From: an uncultured bacterium
Lineage (GTDB): Bacteria > Patescibacteriota > Gracilibacteria > UBA1369 > PNNO01
Reading direction: 5' to 3'
Assembly: GCA_963704705.1 (NCBI GenBank)
Contig: OY969931.1
Location: 480,001-512,000 of the forward strand
Length of the DNA stretch: 32,000 nucleotides
Shown here one piece after another: positions 16,801-25,419 of the stretch. The notes beneath the pieces are model-generated. The model did not search any database. It was not told the origin of the DNA and saw only the letters and a list, made by a program, of their open reading frames with translations. How positions within the stretch are numbered: the first letter of the stretch is position 1; every line of letters begins with the position of its first letter. Both the position numbers and the translations under genes were made by a program.

Positions 16801-19015
16801 ACATATCATTGTGCCGCAGGGTGAAGAAGCTAATCCAAAAAAAGAACAGCTTTTTCAGCAATTTTTGAATAACCTCTACAGATCAACACAAAACAGACCT
16901 ATAGGTCTTGAAATATTTGGATATAAACAATATGCATATTTTTATATGGTTGTTCCAAATGATTTATATGCGCTTGTTGAAGGACTTGTTTACAGTTCTT
17001 ATCCGGGCTGCGAAATTAAAGAGAGTAAAGATTATTGCTCCTTTGCAATTAATAAAGGTTTAAAATTTGTAGGAACCAAGATTAAACTTAAACGAAGTGA
17101 TATTTATCCTATTTTAAATTTTGATGATTTTGAAGGGGATAGTTTATCTGGACTTTTTTCCGTTATTTCTAAAATTCAGCAGGATGAGCAGATTTGGATT
17201 CAGATACTTACCTCTCCTAAACCTGACAATTGGACATATCACATGGCTCGCAGATTCAGGATGTTTACGAACAAAATTAATCGTGTTTTTAGATTAAAAA
17301 ATTATATGCGCTTAAAAGGAAGAAAAGAATTTTTTACTGAAGAAAAAAACGCATTTATCCATAAAACCGAATCACATCCTTTTAAATTTGAAATTAGAAT
17401 TGCATGTTTTGCAGAAGACCGTAATAAAGCAGCTGGGAGGCTTGAAGCTGTTGCAAAGGCTTTCTATCAATTTAATAAAATTGATTTTAATGAGTTTACA
17501 ACAACTAGAAATACCAGTAGCAAGATTTTTTTAGAAAATTATATTAAGAGAAATTTAACCGATTCCCAGCTTATTAGTGCCAAGGAACTATCTACGCTAT
17601 ATCATTTCCCAAATGCTGATCATGTGCCGCATGTTGTACATGTTCTTTCAAAAAAAGCTGAAGCACCGCAGGATGTTCCTAAAAAAAGAGGCAAGGATGT
17701 AAGCTTTTTTGGTGTAACCAATTATCATAATAATTTTGATGAATTTGGTATAAGCCGTGAAGATCGCCGAAGACATTTGTATGTGGTAGGGAAGAGTGGT
17801 ACAGGAAAAAGTAAACTTCTTGAGTTATTTATTAGTGAAGATATTAAAAATGGTGAAGGTGTAGCGGTTTTGGATCCGCATGGTGATCTTGTTGATAATG
17901 TTGTAAGAATGATCCCAGAGCATCGAAAGAATGATGTTATTTATTTTGATCCGGGTGATACTGAATTCCCGGTTGCGTTTAACCCCCTTGTTAAAGTTGA
18001 TGAGACTCAAAAAATGCAAATGACTGTTGGTTTTATAAATATTTTTAAAAAATTATTCGGAAGCAACTGGAGCGACAGGCTTGAACATGTTTTACGTTAC
18101 ACAACTTTGGCGCTTTTGGATTCTCCAAATACAACAGTGCTTTCGATTCTAAAAATGCTTTCGGATAAAAATTATCGTCAAACAATCACAGCACGAATTA
18201 AAGACTCGGTTGTTAAAAATTTTTGGGTTAATGAATTTGCGGGTTGGAGCGAAAAATTTGATGCTGAAGCAATTACACCTTTATTAAATAAAGTAGGGCA
18301 GTTTGTTGCAACAAATATGATTCGAAATATTATTGGTCAGCCGGATAACAAGTTTGATATCAGAAAAGTAATGGATGAGAAAAAAATTCTGCTTATGAAA
18401 GTGTCTAAAGGGCTTTTAGGTGAGGAAAATTCAAATTTACTCGGGGCAATGATTGTAACCAAGATTTATCAGGCAGCAATGAGTAGAGCTGATACCCCTG
18501 AAGAACAACGTGAAGATTTCTATTTGTATGTTGATGAGTTCCAGAATTTTGCAACAGACACTTTTGAAGAAATTCTTTCCGAAGCACGAAAATACAAATT
18601 AAATTTAACCATTGCACACCAATTTGTTGGTCAACTTTCACCTACAATGATCAAAACCGTATTTGGTAATGTTGGCTCAATGCTCAGCTTTAGGGTAGGT
18701 GCAGAAGACGCACAGGTTCTTGAAAATGAATACACTCCTGTATTCAAAGTTCGGGATATTATTAATCTCGCGGTTCGTGATTTTTATATAAAGATGTCAG
18801 TTAACGGTGAAGTCCGCAAGCCATTCAGCGGTCGAACTCTAGATGTAGTTAAACCGCCCGAAGATTTCACCGAAGAAATTATTGCGAATTCACGCTCTAA
18901 TTACGCAACGCCTGTTAGCCGAGTTGAATCAATGCTTGAAAAATGGGATGAATCAGGCGAATTCGACCTTAAACCAGGGGAGGCAAATGAAGAGTTTGAG
19001 GAACCTTTAATTTAA
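16784..19015 (+). CDS. VirD4/TraD-like (type IV coupling protein-like) P-loop ATPase with an uncharacterised ~330-aa N-terminal region
   Basis: Walker A VVGKSGTGKSKLL, then VLDPHGDL, Walker B FYLYVDEFQNF, and KYKLNLTIAHQFVGQL. These are typical of TraD/TrwB/VirD4-type coupling ATPases. The N-terminal third has no recognised motif. Confidence 0.7.
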   Translation: MKLRYLHIIVPQGEEANPKKEQLFQQFLNNLYRSTQNRPIGLEIFGYKQYAYFYMVVPNDLYALVEGLVYSSYPGCEIKESKDYCSFAINKGLKFVGTKIKLKRSDIYPILNFDDFEGDSLSGLFSVISKIQQDEQIWIQILTSPKPDNWTYHMARRFRMFTNKINRVFRLKNYMRLKGRKEFFTEEKNAFIHKTESHPFKFEIRIACFAEDRNKAAGRLEAVAKAFYQFNKIDFNEFTTTRNTSSKIFLENYIKRNLTDSQLISAKELSTLYHFPNADHVPHVVHVLSKKAEAPQDVPKKRGKDVSFFGVTNYHNNFDEFGISREDRRRHLYVVGKSGTGKSKLLELFISEDIKNGEGVAVLDPHGDLVDNVVRMIPEHRKNDVIYFDPGDTEFPVAFNPLVKVDETQKMQMTVGFINIFKKLFGSNWSDRLEHVLRYTTLALLDSPNTTVLSILKMLSDKNYRQTITARIKDSVVKNFWVNEFAGWSEKFDAEAITPLLNKVGQFVATNMIRNIIGQPDNKFDIRKVMDEKKILLMKVSKGLLGEENSNLLGAMIVTKIYQAAMSRADTPEEQREDFYLYVDEFQNFATDTFEEILSEARKYKLNLTIAHQFVGQLSPTMIKTVFGNVGSMLSFRVGAEDAQVLENEYTPVFKVRDIINLAVRDFYIKMSVNGEVRKPFSGRTLDVVKPPEDFTEEIIANSRSNYATPVSRVESMLEKWDESGEFDLKPGEANEEFEEPLI

Positions 19016-19026
19016 TAAGGTGTAAT

Positions 19027-19149
19027 CCCGGCCCGGGCCAGGAAAGCCTAAATTGTGTATGAATATCTTTTTTTGTCAAATCCCTCCCCGGGGAGAGTAT
19101 ACCTAACAGACAACAAGTTAAAGTGTTGAGCAAATTCCCTCCCGGGAGG
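19027..19149. repeat. Three GC-rich perfect palindromes in an AT-rich intergenic region
   Basis: GGCCCGGGCC (19030-19039), CTCCCCGGGGAG (19084-19095) and CCTCCCGGGAGG (19138-19149). The last two share the context AAAT(T)CCCTCCC(C)GGG(G)AG. Confidence 0.6.
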
Positions 19150-19154
19150 AATTT

Positions 19155-19163
19155 TGCTATAAT
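19155..19163 (+). promoter_or_regulatory. Extended -10 promoter element (TGcTATAAT) for the hydrogenase protease gene
   Basis: TGCTATAAT at 19155-19163. The ATG at 19170 is 6 nt downstream, implying a leaderless mRNA. The palindrome at 19138-19149 occupies the -35/spacer position. Confidence 0.4.
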
Positions 19164-19169
19164 CGCGAC

Positions 19170-19553
19170 ATGAAAAAAATCATATATCTTGTCGGCAACC
19201 TATTAGTTGAAGAAGACTCCCTTCCAATCAAGCTCAAACCCGAACTCGAAAAGCAATTTCCACAGTTCATCTTTCGTGAATATGACCCAACCGAAGATCT
19301 GCCGCAGGATACCGAAGATCTTATTATTATCGATACGGTTGAAGGTCTGAAAGAACCGCACATTTTCACCGACATCGATGCATTTGCATCGCAAAAAGCT
19401 TATTCAATGCATGATTTTGATCTTGGATGGAGCCTTAAGCTATACAAAAAACTAAGAATGTTTAAGACCCTCAAAATAATAGGGATGCCATCAAACAGAG
19501 AGATTAATGAAATTTTCAATAAACTTAAAGATTTGCTAAAAACAAATATTTAA
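19170..19553 (+). CDS. [NiFe]-hydrogenase maturation endopeptidase (HycI/HybD-like)
   Basis: N-terminal VGNLLVEEDSLP (family GNxLxxDDGxG with an acidic ligand), IIIDTV (Asp ligand) and SMHDF (His ligand). Small size (127 aa). Lies beside the hydrogenase genes. Confidence 0.65.
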   Translation: MKKIIYLVGNLLVEEDSLPIKLKPELEKQFPQFIFREYDPTEDLPQDTEDLIIIDTVEGLKEPHIFTDIDAFASQKAYSMHDFDLGWSLKLYKKLRMFKTLKIIGMPSNREINEIFNKLKDLLKTNI

Positions 19554-20371
19554 AGCTCTAATAAATTTTTTAAATAATTATAACCTCTCTTTACAATACT
19601 TTTTTCTTTTCTAAATAATGCCTTACTCGATTCCTGAATTTTTTTCACGGTTCCTTTCATTACACCTCGTGCTTTCTCTGATATTTCGTTAATTTGTTTG
19701 ACTTGAAAGTCAAACAAATCACTTTCAAGTTCTATTCCTTTTTTAATATTTTCTTTCATATGATTTAAAGTTATTTTTGCAGCTTTACCTGCCTGCTCTG
19801 CAGTGATTATGCCTGCTTTCACCAGTGCCTTATTAAGTTTTGTTATTATCGGAGGCGTGATGTTTTTAAGAAGTTCATTTTCAGTTACATTTTCTTTGAA
19901 ATCTTTAGTTAAATAAAACAATAATGGACTTGTTGTCCTATATGTATTGCTAGCGAGTTGTTTTGCTCTAACTGATCTTGGCGCATGGAATAATGGACCA
20001 CATATATCTTTTACTAAAGCCATATAAACCAGAGGACTTCCTTCTTTTAATATTGTACAACTATATGCTGCAATACGTCTTTGTTCTTTTGGTTTTGCTT
20101 TTAAAGGATCCTTGCTTTTAATTTTTTTCTGTAACGAAGGGTACATACTGCTATCTTTAGTCCCTAATTTAACAGCAACATCATAGGGGGTAAATTCATT
20201 AGCAATAATAGCTTTTTTATCAGCAGCATCTGTTGCTTTTTTTGCAAGTTGTGTGAGAATGGATTCATCAATGCAATTTTTGATTTTCTGCAATCTTTTT
20301 GCTTTGTCTTTAATTGCAAGAATTGCATTTGGGCCTTCTTGGCTTTGTGTGGGTTGTATTTCTGTATTCAT
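19550..20371 (-). CDS. Hypothetical Lys-rich protein (273 aa)
   Basis: ORF only, no recognised motif. Shares a TTAA bidirectional stop with the protease gene. Confidence 0.5.
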   Translation of the reverse strand: MNTEIQPTQSQEGPNAILAIKDKAKRLQKIKNCIDESILTQLAKKATDAADKKAIIANEFTPYDVAVKLGTKDSSMYPSLQKKIKSKDPLKAKPKEQRRIAAYSCTILKEGSPLVYMALVKDICGPLFHAPRSVRAKQLASNTYRTTSPLLFYLTKDFKENVTENELLKNITPPIITKLNKALVKAGIITAEQAGKAAKITLNHMKENIKKGIELESDLFDFQVKQINEISEKARGVMKGTVKKIQESSKALFRKEKSIVKRGYNYLKNLLEL

Positions 20372-20463
20372 TTTTATTTTATTAATTTTAATTAATTATA
20401 TATAAATTATACAATAAAAATCAAATTTGCACAAGTGTGGTATATTTAAATATATAAATAATT

Positions 20464-20937
20464 TTAAATTTTACCCTCAAGGATAGAAGTATAATCTTTA
20501 AAACCGTGGCGCTTGTAGAAGCGTAGAGCGTGCTTGTTATTTGTGAAAAGTTCAACCTTCATTCGTTTAGCGCCGCGCTCTTTTAGCCATTTTTTGAATT
20601 CTTTGATTAGTTTTGTACCGATTTTAAGATTTCGATATCCATCAATAACAAACATATCGCCGAGCTGGCCAAGTTTATCAAGGGTTCTAAAGGCAGGGCT
20701 TTTAAAAAACCCGCCGCTTAAATATCCAACTGGTTCGCCGTCAACTTCCGCAATAATTGCAAAATTACTGCGTTCACTTACACGCATTTTAAAATAATCA
20801 GCGCATTTTTTACTTTTTGCCCATGTGATTTTATTTGTTGGATCAAAATTTTCATATTCCTCTTTCATCAAAAGATACATAAACTTTTGCATCAACTTAA
20901 TATCCTCTTGTTTTGCTTTACGAATTTTTACTTCCAT
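20464..20937 (-). CDS. GNAT-family N-acetyltransferase
   Basis: 157 aa. The block MFVIDGYRNLKIGTKLI...ALRFYKRHGF fits the GNAT acetyl-CoA-binding motif region. Overlaps the hydrogenase large subunit 3' end by 20 nt. Confidence 0.75.
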   Translation of the reverse strand: MEVKIRKAKQEDIKLMQKFMYLLMKEEYENFDPTNKITWAKSKKCADYFKMRVSERSNFAIIAEVDGEPVGYLSGGFFKSPAFRTLDKLGQLGDMFVIDGYRNLKIGTKLIKEFKKWLKERGAKRMKVELFTNNKHALRFYKRHGFKDYTSILEGKI

Positions 20938-22240
20938 TAAAGTGCCAGTTTAGTTTCAAAAAGTGAGTTGCGCAGCTCATACATGGGTCGTATGCGCGAA
21001 TTAGTTTTTCAATTTCGAATCTAACATGATCTTTATCTAAATTCTCACCGTCTTTATCCAAATATGATTGAACGAGATGTCTGATATCATTTGAAATATT
21101 GATTTGATTTTGCGCTGTTGGCACAACAACTTCAGCACCCTGGACAATTCCTGCATCATCCAATTTAACATAATGATATAAAGTACCGCGCGGAGCTTCA
21201 ACTACACCAACTCCTTCACCTGCTTTAAGCGGAAGTTTTTCTTTTGCAGGCTGATCAAGTTTAAGATTTTCAAGAATTTCAATAGAATGGTCTATTGAAT
21301 GTAAAATTTCAATGGCCTGAGCCAGATTATTATGATAAACATCATTTGAAGGAAAGCGTGCTAAATATTTTGCTGCGTCTTTTTTTGTTTTTTCATGAAG
21401 AGCATCGCGATTAACATTCATTCTTGCTAATGCGCCAACCATATATTCATTGCCCTGCAAAGTGTAACCGAGGGCAGTTGAATATGGGATTACAACTTCT
21501 TTTAACTGGTTTCTGAAATGTTCTTCGGGCACACAAAAACCGCCTTCGCTGCATAAAGCAGGTCCTTCCAAAAAACTGAAATCATCAGTTTTTAAGCCAA
21601 CAAATCGCGTTTCGCGTTTTAAACTGAATTCACAATTATCAAATATTTCCATTGCCAAGAATATTTTATCGCGAACTCCTTTTAATTCTTCAATAACTTT
21701 GGCAATTTCTTCTGTTGTTGGCAGTTTTACAAAACCGCCCGGCATTGGAAATGGTGCATGAACAGCACGTCCTCCAATCATTGTAGATAAATTGTTACCG
21801 GCTCTTTTTAAATCAAACATATCATGTAAAAGCTGGCTTTCTTTTTCATCATGTTCATCAAAATCCAATATAGAATCTTTACCTATTACATCAGGTAAAG
21901 CGAAAACATATAAATGAAGTGCATGATCACGAATCATTAAACCGTATGTAAGAAGCTTTCTAAGAGTTGTAGTTTGTTCTGATGGTTTGAACCCCAGAGC
22001 ATCTTCAACAGCTTCAATAGCAGCTAGCAAATGTGCGATACTGCATGTTCCGCAAATTCGCGAAAGTAGCTGTGGCACTTGCAAAAAAGGTTTACCTAAA
22101 ATTGCTTTTTCAAAAAATCTCTTATTTTCCATTATCATAAATTTCACGTCCTGAATTTTGCCGTCTTCAATTACAACATCCATATCAAGATGACCTTCGA
22201 TTTTTGATAAACCGTCGATGTTTATATTAATTTGATGCAT
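20918..22240 (-). CDS. [NiFe]-hydrogenase large (catalytic) subunit, group 3/4-like size (440 aa)
   Basis: N-terminal KIEGH and RICGTCSIAH (RxCGxCxxxH). C-terminal DPCMSCATH (DPCxxCxxH) followed by a 14-aa tail FLKLNWHFNGSKNS, consistent with endopeptidase processing. Confidence 0.85.
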   Translation of the reverse strand: MHQININIDGLSKIEGHLDMDVVIEDGKIQDVKFMIMENKRFFEKAILGKPFLQVPQLLSRICGTCSIAHLLAAIEAVEDALGFKPSEQTTTLRKLLTYGLMIRDHALHLYVFALPDVIGKDSILDFDEHDEKESQLLHDMFDLKRAGNNLSTMIGGRAVHAPFPMPGGFVKLPTTEEIAKVIEELKGVRDKIFLAMEIFDNCEFSLKRETRFVGLKTDDFSFLEGPALCSEGGFCVPEEHFRNQLKEVVIPYSTALGYTLQGNEYMVGALARMNVNRDALHEKTKKDAAKYLARFPSNDVYHNNLAQAIEILHSIDHSIEILENLKLDQPAKEKLPLKAGEGVGVVEAPRGTLYHYVKLDDAGIVQGAEVVVPTAQNQINISNDIRHLVQSYLDKDGENLDKDHVRFEIEKLIRAYDPCMSCATHFLKLNWHFNGSKNS

Positions 22241-22754
22241 TTTTGTGGTTAACTATTGAGTCGTCTTCAGGAATCACTCCGAATTCATGAAGATATTTAT
22301 CCATGGCTTTTACAAATTCGGTTTCAATCATCGGGCATCCCGGTACTTTATCATCAACCTGTACAATTTCGTGCAATGCCAATACTTTTTTGCTTTGATG
22401 AAATTGTAAAAGATAAGGAGCGATTTCTTCTTTCATTTCTTCACTGAAATTGTTTCGGTGGCCTGTTGGAAGCCCTGTAACAGCACATGATCCTATTGCA
22501 ACAATATATTTAGAATTCTCGCGGATTTTTTTAAGTTTTTCAGTATCGCGGTCTGAACAAATTGCGCCTTCAACAAATGCAACGTCAATATCGCTAAGCT
22601 CATTTTTGCTTTTTAAAACATTGCAATGTCTGAATTCCAGAATTTTCTTCCATGCCAACAGATGATCATTGAGCATCTCAGTGAACATAATTGTTGAATC
22701 TTCACAGCAAGTGAATGAAAACCAGCCGATTTTGAGTTTTTTTTGTTCAGACAT
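22227..22754 (-). CDS. [NiFe]-hydrogenase small subunit, minimal NuoB-like (proximal cluster only)
   Basis: Cys ligands FTCCEDS, AIGSCAVTG and VPGCP. About 175 aa from the ATG at 22754, which I prefer over the track's GTG at 22796 that overlaps hydG. No medial or distal cluster region. Confidence 0.75.
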   Translation of the reverse strand: MSEQKKLKIGWFSFTCCEDSTIMFTEMLNDHLLAWKKILEFRHCNVLKSKNELSDIDVAFVEGAICSDRDTEKLKKIRENSKYIVAIGSCAVTGLPTGHRNNFSEEMKEEIAPYLLQFHQSKKVLALHEIVQVDDKVPGCPMIETEFVKAMDKYLHEFGVIPEDDSIVNHKNASN

Positions 22755-22779
22755 CAAATCATATTTTACATAAAAATAT

Positions 22780-24141
22780 TTAAAAGTACAGATCACGCTG
22801 GCCCTCTTCTATAAATTTAAGACGTTCGATTGTTTTTTTGCGAACACTTTCAGAAGGTATTTGATCTACATATTTTTCAATGATTTTTAATCCTTTTGTC
22901 TTGGTGCGATCTTCCGCATAATCTTCCAAATATTCTTTTAAAGTTAAAATCGCATTTGGCCTGCAAAAATTATGTATTTCACCTGGCTTAGCAATATCCA
23001 TAAAATCCTGACCGGTTCTTCCCAATCTATAACAAGCAGTACAAAAACTTGGGAGCAAGCCTTTATCCATAATATCTTCAATGACTTCATCGACTGTGCG
23101 CTCATCTGAAGTTGTAAACTGATTGAGTTCAGGGTTTTTTCCATATCCCCCTGGAGAAGTACGCGAAGCAGCTGAACTTTGAGAAATGCCTATTTCAAAA
23201 GCTTTCTGCCTTATTTCGGGCCTTTCTCTTGTTGAAATAATCATGCCGGTATATGGAACCGCCATTCTTAAAATAGCTATAATTTTCAGAAGTTCTTCTT
23301 CACTTACAGCATGCGGCCATTTGTCTTTAACTGTTGGCGCAGGCTGAAGCCGCGGAACAGAAAAAGTATGAGGTCCAACGCCATAAGTTTTATCCAAATA
23401 AAAAGCATGAGAAAGCAAAGCGAGTGTGTCATATTTCCAGTCATACAAGCCATAAAGAACACCTAAGCCAATATCATCAATTCCGCCTTTAAATGCTTCG
23501 TCGTGAGCATTGAGTTGTCTTTCGTAATCACCCTTAAGGCCTTTGTGAAGTTTTTTGTAAGTCGGTCTGTGATAAGTTTCCTGAAATAATTGATAAGTTC
23601 CGATTCCAATTTCTTTTAATTTTGCGTAATTTTCAGCTGTTGTTGCAGCAATATTTACATTTACCCTTCGTATTTCGCCTTTGCCCTCCTTAACTGAATA
23701 AATTGTTTTGATTGTATCAACAACATAATCAATAGGGTTATTGATGGGATCTTCACCAAATTCAAGGAGCAAACGTTTATGTCCCATTCTAATTAGCAAT
23801 CTTGTTTGTTCTTCAACTTCTTCGAGTGTAAGTTTTTTTCTTTTACACTTATTCCTTGCATGAAATCCGCAATATTCACAGTCATTTACACAAAAATTTG
23901 AAATATAAAGTGGGGCAAAAAGCACCAGTCGCTCGCCATAAATCTCTTTTTTGATATACCAAGCTGTTTCAAACATTCTCGCTTCGTGTTTTTTATCTGC
24001 ATTCATTAACATCGCGGCTTCTTTAAGCCCGATTCCCTTCATTTTTTTTGCTTTATTTAGAATGATTTCAACCTGTTCATCAGTTGGATTTTGCGTTTCT
24101 TCGAGTATTTTTTCTATGATTTCGTGATCGAATTGTTTCAT
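22780..24141 (-). CDS. hydG: [FeFe]-hydrogenase maturase HydG (radical SAM tyrosine lyase)
   Basis: Radical SAM motif ISNFCVNDCEYCGF. C-terminal auxiliary-cluster motif CTAC followed by exactly 22 residues to the next C (CxxCx22C). 453 aa. Confidence 0.85.
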   Translation of the reverse strand: MKQFDHEIIEKILEETQNPTDEQVEIILNKAKKMKGIGLKEAAMLMNADKKHEARMFETAWYIKKEIYGERLVLFAPLYISNFCVNDCEYCGFHARNKCKRKKLTLEEVEEQTRLLIRMGHKRLLLEFGEDPINNPIDYVVDTIKTIYSVKEGKGEIRRVNVNIAATTAENYAKLKEIGIGTYQLFQETYHRPTYKKLHKGLKGDYERQLNAHDEAFKGGIDDIGLGVLYGLYDWKYDTLALLSHAFYLDKTYGVGPHTFSVPRLQPAPTVKDKWPHAVSEEELLKIIAILRMAVPYTGMIISTRERPEIRQKAFEIGISQSSAASRTSPGGYGKNPELNQFTTSDERTVDEVIEDIMDKGLLPSFCTACYRLGRTGQDFMDIAKPGEIHNFCRPNAILTLKEYLEDYAEDRTKTKGLKIIEKYVDQIPSESVRKKTIERLKFIEEGQRDLYF

Positions 24142-25410
24142 TTATGAGATTTTTAATTTGTCCTCAAGCATCTTATAACTCTCAGCAGTATTGTAAAGCC
24201 CGTATTTTTCCCACATTTCACGGTCCAAAGGTTGTTTTCTTTGATAGATTTCATAATGCGGCCGGTATTTTTCAGGAGTAATATCAAACATCATCGCATT
24301 TGCACCTGCTTTTATTGCTTTTTTTCTGCCTTCTTCAGGGTCCAGAGTTTCGTGAGCTGTAACAACCGGGATTCTTGTGTCCTTCATTTCAAGCCTTAAA
24401 ATAGCGATCATTTTTAGCATTAAATCGGTTGATCCGGCTTTTTCATTTTCATAAGGTGTATTTGCGCTTGGAACAAAAGGCCCCATTGAAACCATATCAA
24501 AATCATGGTCACGGATTGTAATAATATCTTCAGCTAAATCTTCAAGAGTCTGCCCCGGCAGCCCCACTATTGAGCCTGATGCAATAAAATATTTAAGCTC
24601 TTTCATGAATTTCAAGTGCTCAAAGCGCGCCTTAATAGATTTGCCCGGCAAAATACGATTGCCGTGAATCTTCGCAAACAGCTGCGGATTTGAGGTTTCG
24701 AATCTGAATAAAACTCCGTCTGCGCGTGCTTCTTTTAAGGCTTTATATGTTTCAAAATCGCGTTCGCCAATGCTTATAAAAATAAATACTTTGTGCTTTT
24801 CTTTAATTTTCCTAAGTAATTCCACAAGTTTTTCTTTTGTGTAATAAGGATCATCACCTGACTGTAATACAAAAAGTTTGTATCCTATATCTGCGCCTTG
24901 CCCAACCGCATCAACTATTTCTTCATCTGTCATTCTGTAGCGTTTGACTGCCTTGTTTTGGCATCGAAGTCCGCAATAATTACAGTTATTCACACAATAA
25001 TTTGAGAATTCAATGATACCGTGAATACAAAAAAAATCTTTTATTAAAGTTTTGCGCATCATGTCCGCTTCGCTAAAAAGCGCTTCAAGTTCAGGACCTT
25101 CGAGTTTTAATAAATATTTAATTTCATCTTTTAGAAGTTTGCGCTGTTTTGATGCTTTGACCACATCAACAAATCTTTCGCTTAAGTTTTTTGGATCGGT
25201 TTTTTGAACATGCTCCAACAATTCAAGAATTTCCTCGGCATCTTGAGGTGAAACTTTTTGAACGGCAATATCCGACATATATAAAATCCAATCTCCAACT
25301 TTAAGGTCATCAATGCTTCGAATATCTATTTCAAAATGCCTGCCATCTTTATTGATTTTGGCTTTCTTGTTATGAATTTCCTCTACTTTTGCGGGAATAG
25401 TTAGGCACAT
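24142..25410 (-). CDS. hydE: HypC-like domain fused to [FeFe]-hydrogenase maturase HydE (radical SAM)
   Basis: N-terminus MCLTIPAKVEEI...VGDWILY matches the HypC/HupF start (MC[LI]x[IV]P). The remainder matches HydE: IIEFSNYCVNNCNYCGLR...KRYRMT, VLQSGDDPYY, GSIVGLPGQTLEDL, HDFDMVSMGPFVP. Its stop abuts the hydG start with 0-nt spacing. Confidence 0.8.
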   Translation of the reverse strand: MCLTIPAKVEEIHNKKAKINKDGRHFEIDIRSIDDLKVGDWILYMSDIAVQKVSPQDAEEILELLEHVQKTDPKNLSERFVDVVKASKQRKLLKDEIKYLLKLEGPELEALFSEADMMRKTLIKDFFCIHGIIEFSNYCVNNCNYCGLRCQNKAVKRYRMTDEEIVDAVGQGADIGYKLFVLQSGDDPYYTKEKLVELLRKIKEKHKVFIFISIGERDFETYKALKEARADGVLFRFETSNPQLFAKIHGNRILPGKSIKARFEHLKFMKELKYFIASGSIVGLPGQTLEDLAEDIITIRDHDFDMVSMGPFVPSANTPYENEKAGSTDLMLKMIAILRLEMKDTRIPVVTAHETLDPEEGRKKAIKAGANAMMFDITPEKYRPHYEIYQRKQPLDREMWEKYGLYNTAESYKMLEDKLKIS

Positions 25411-25419
25411 AGTATTTGA

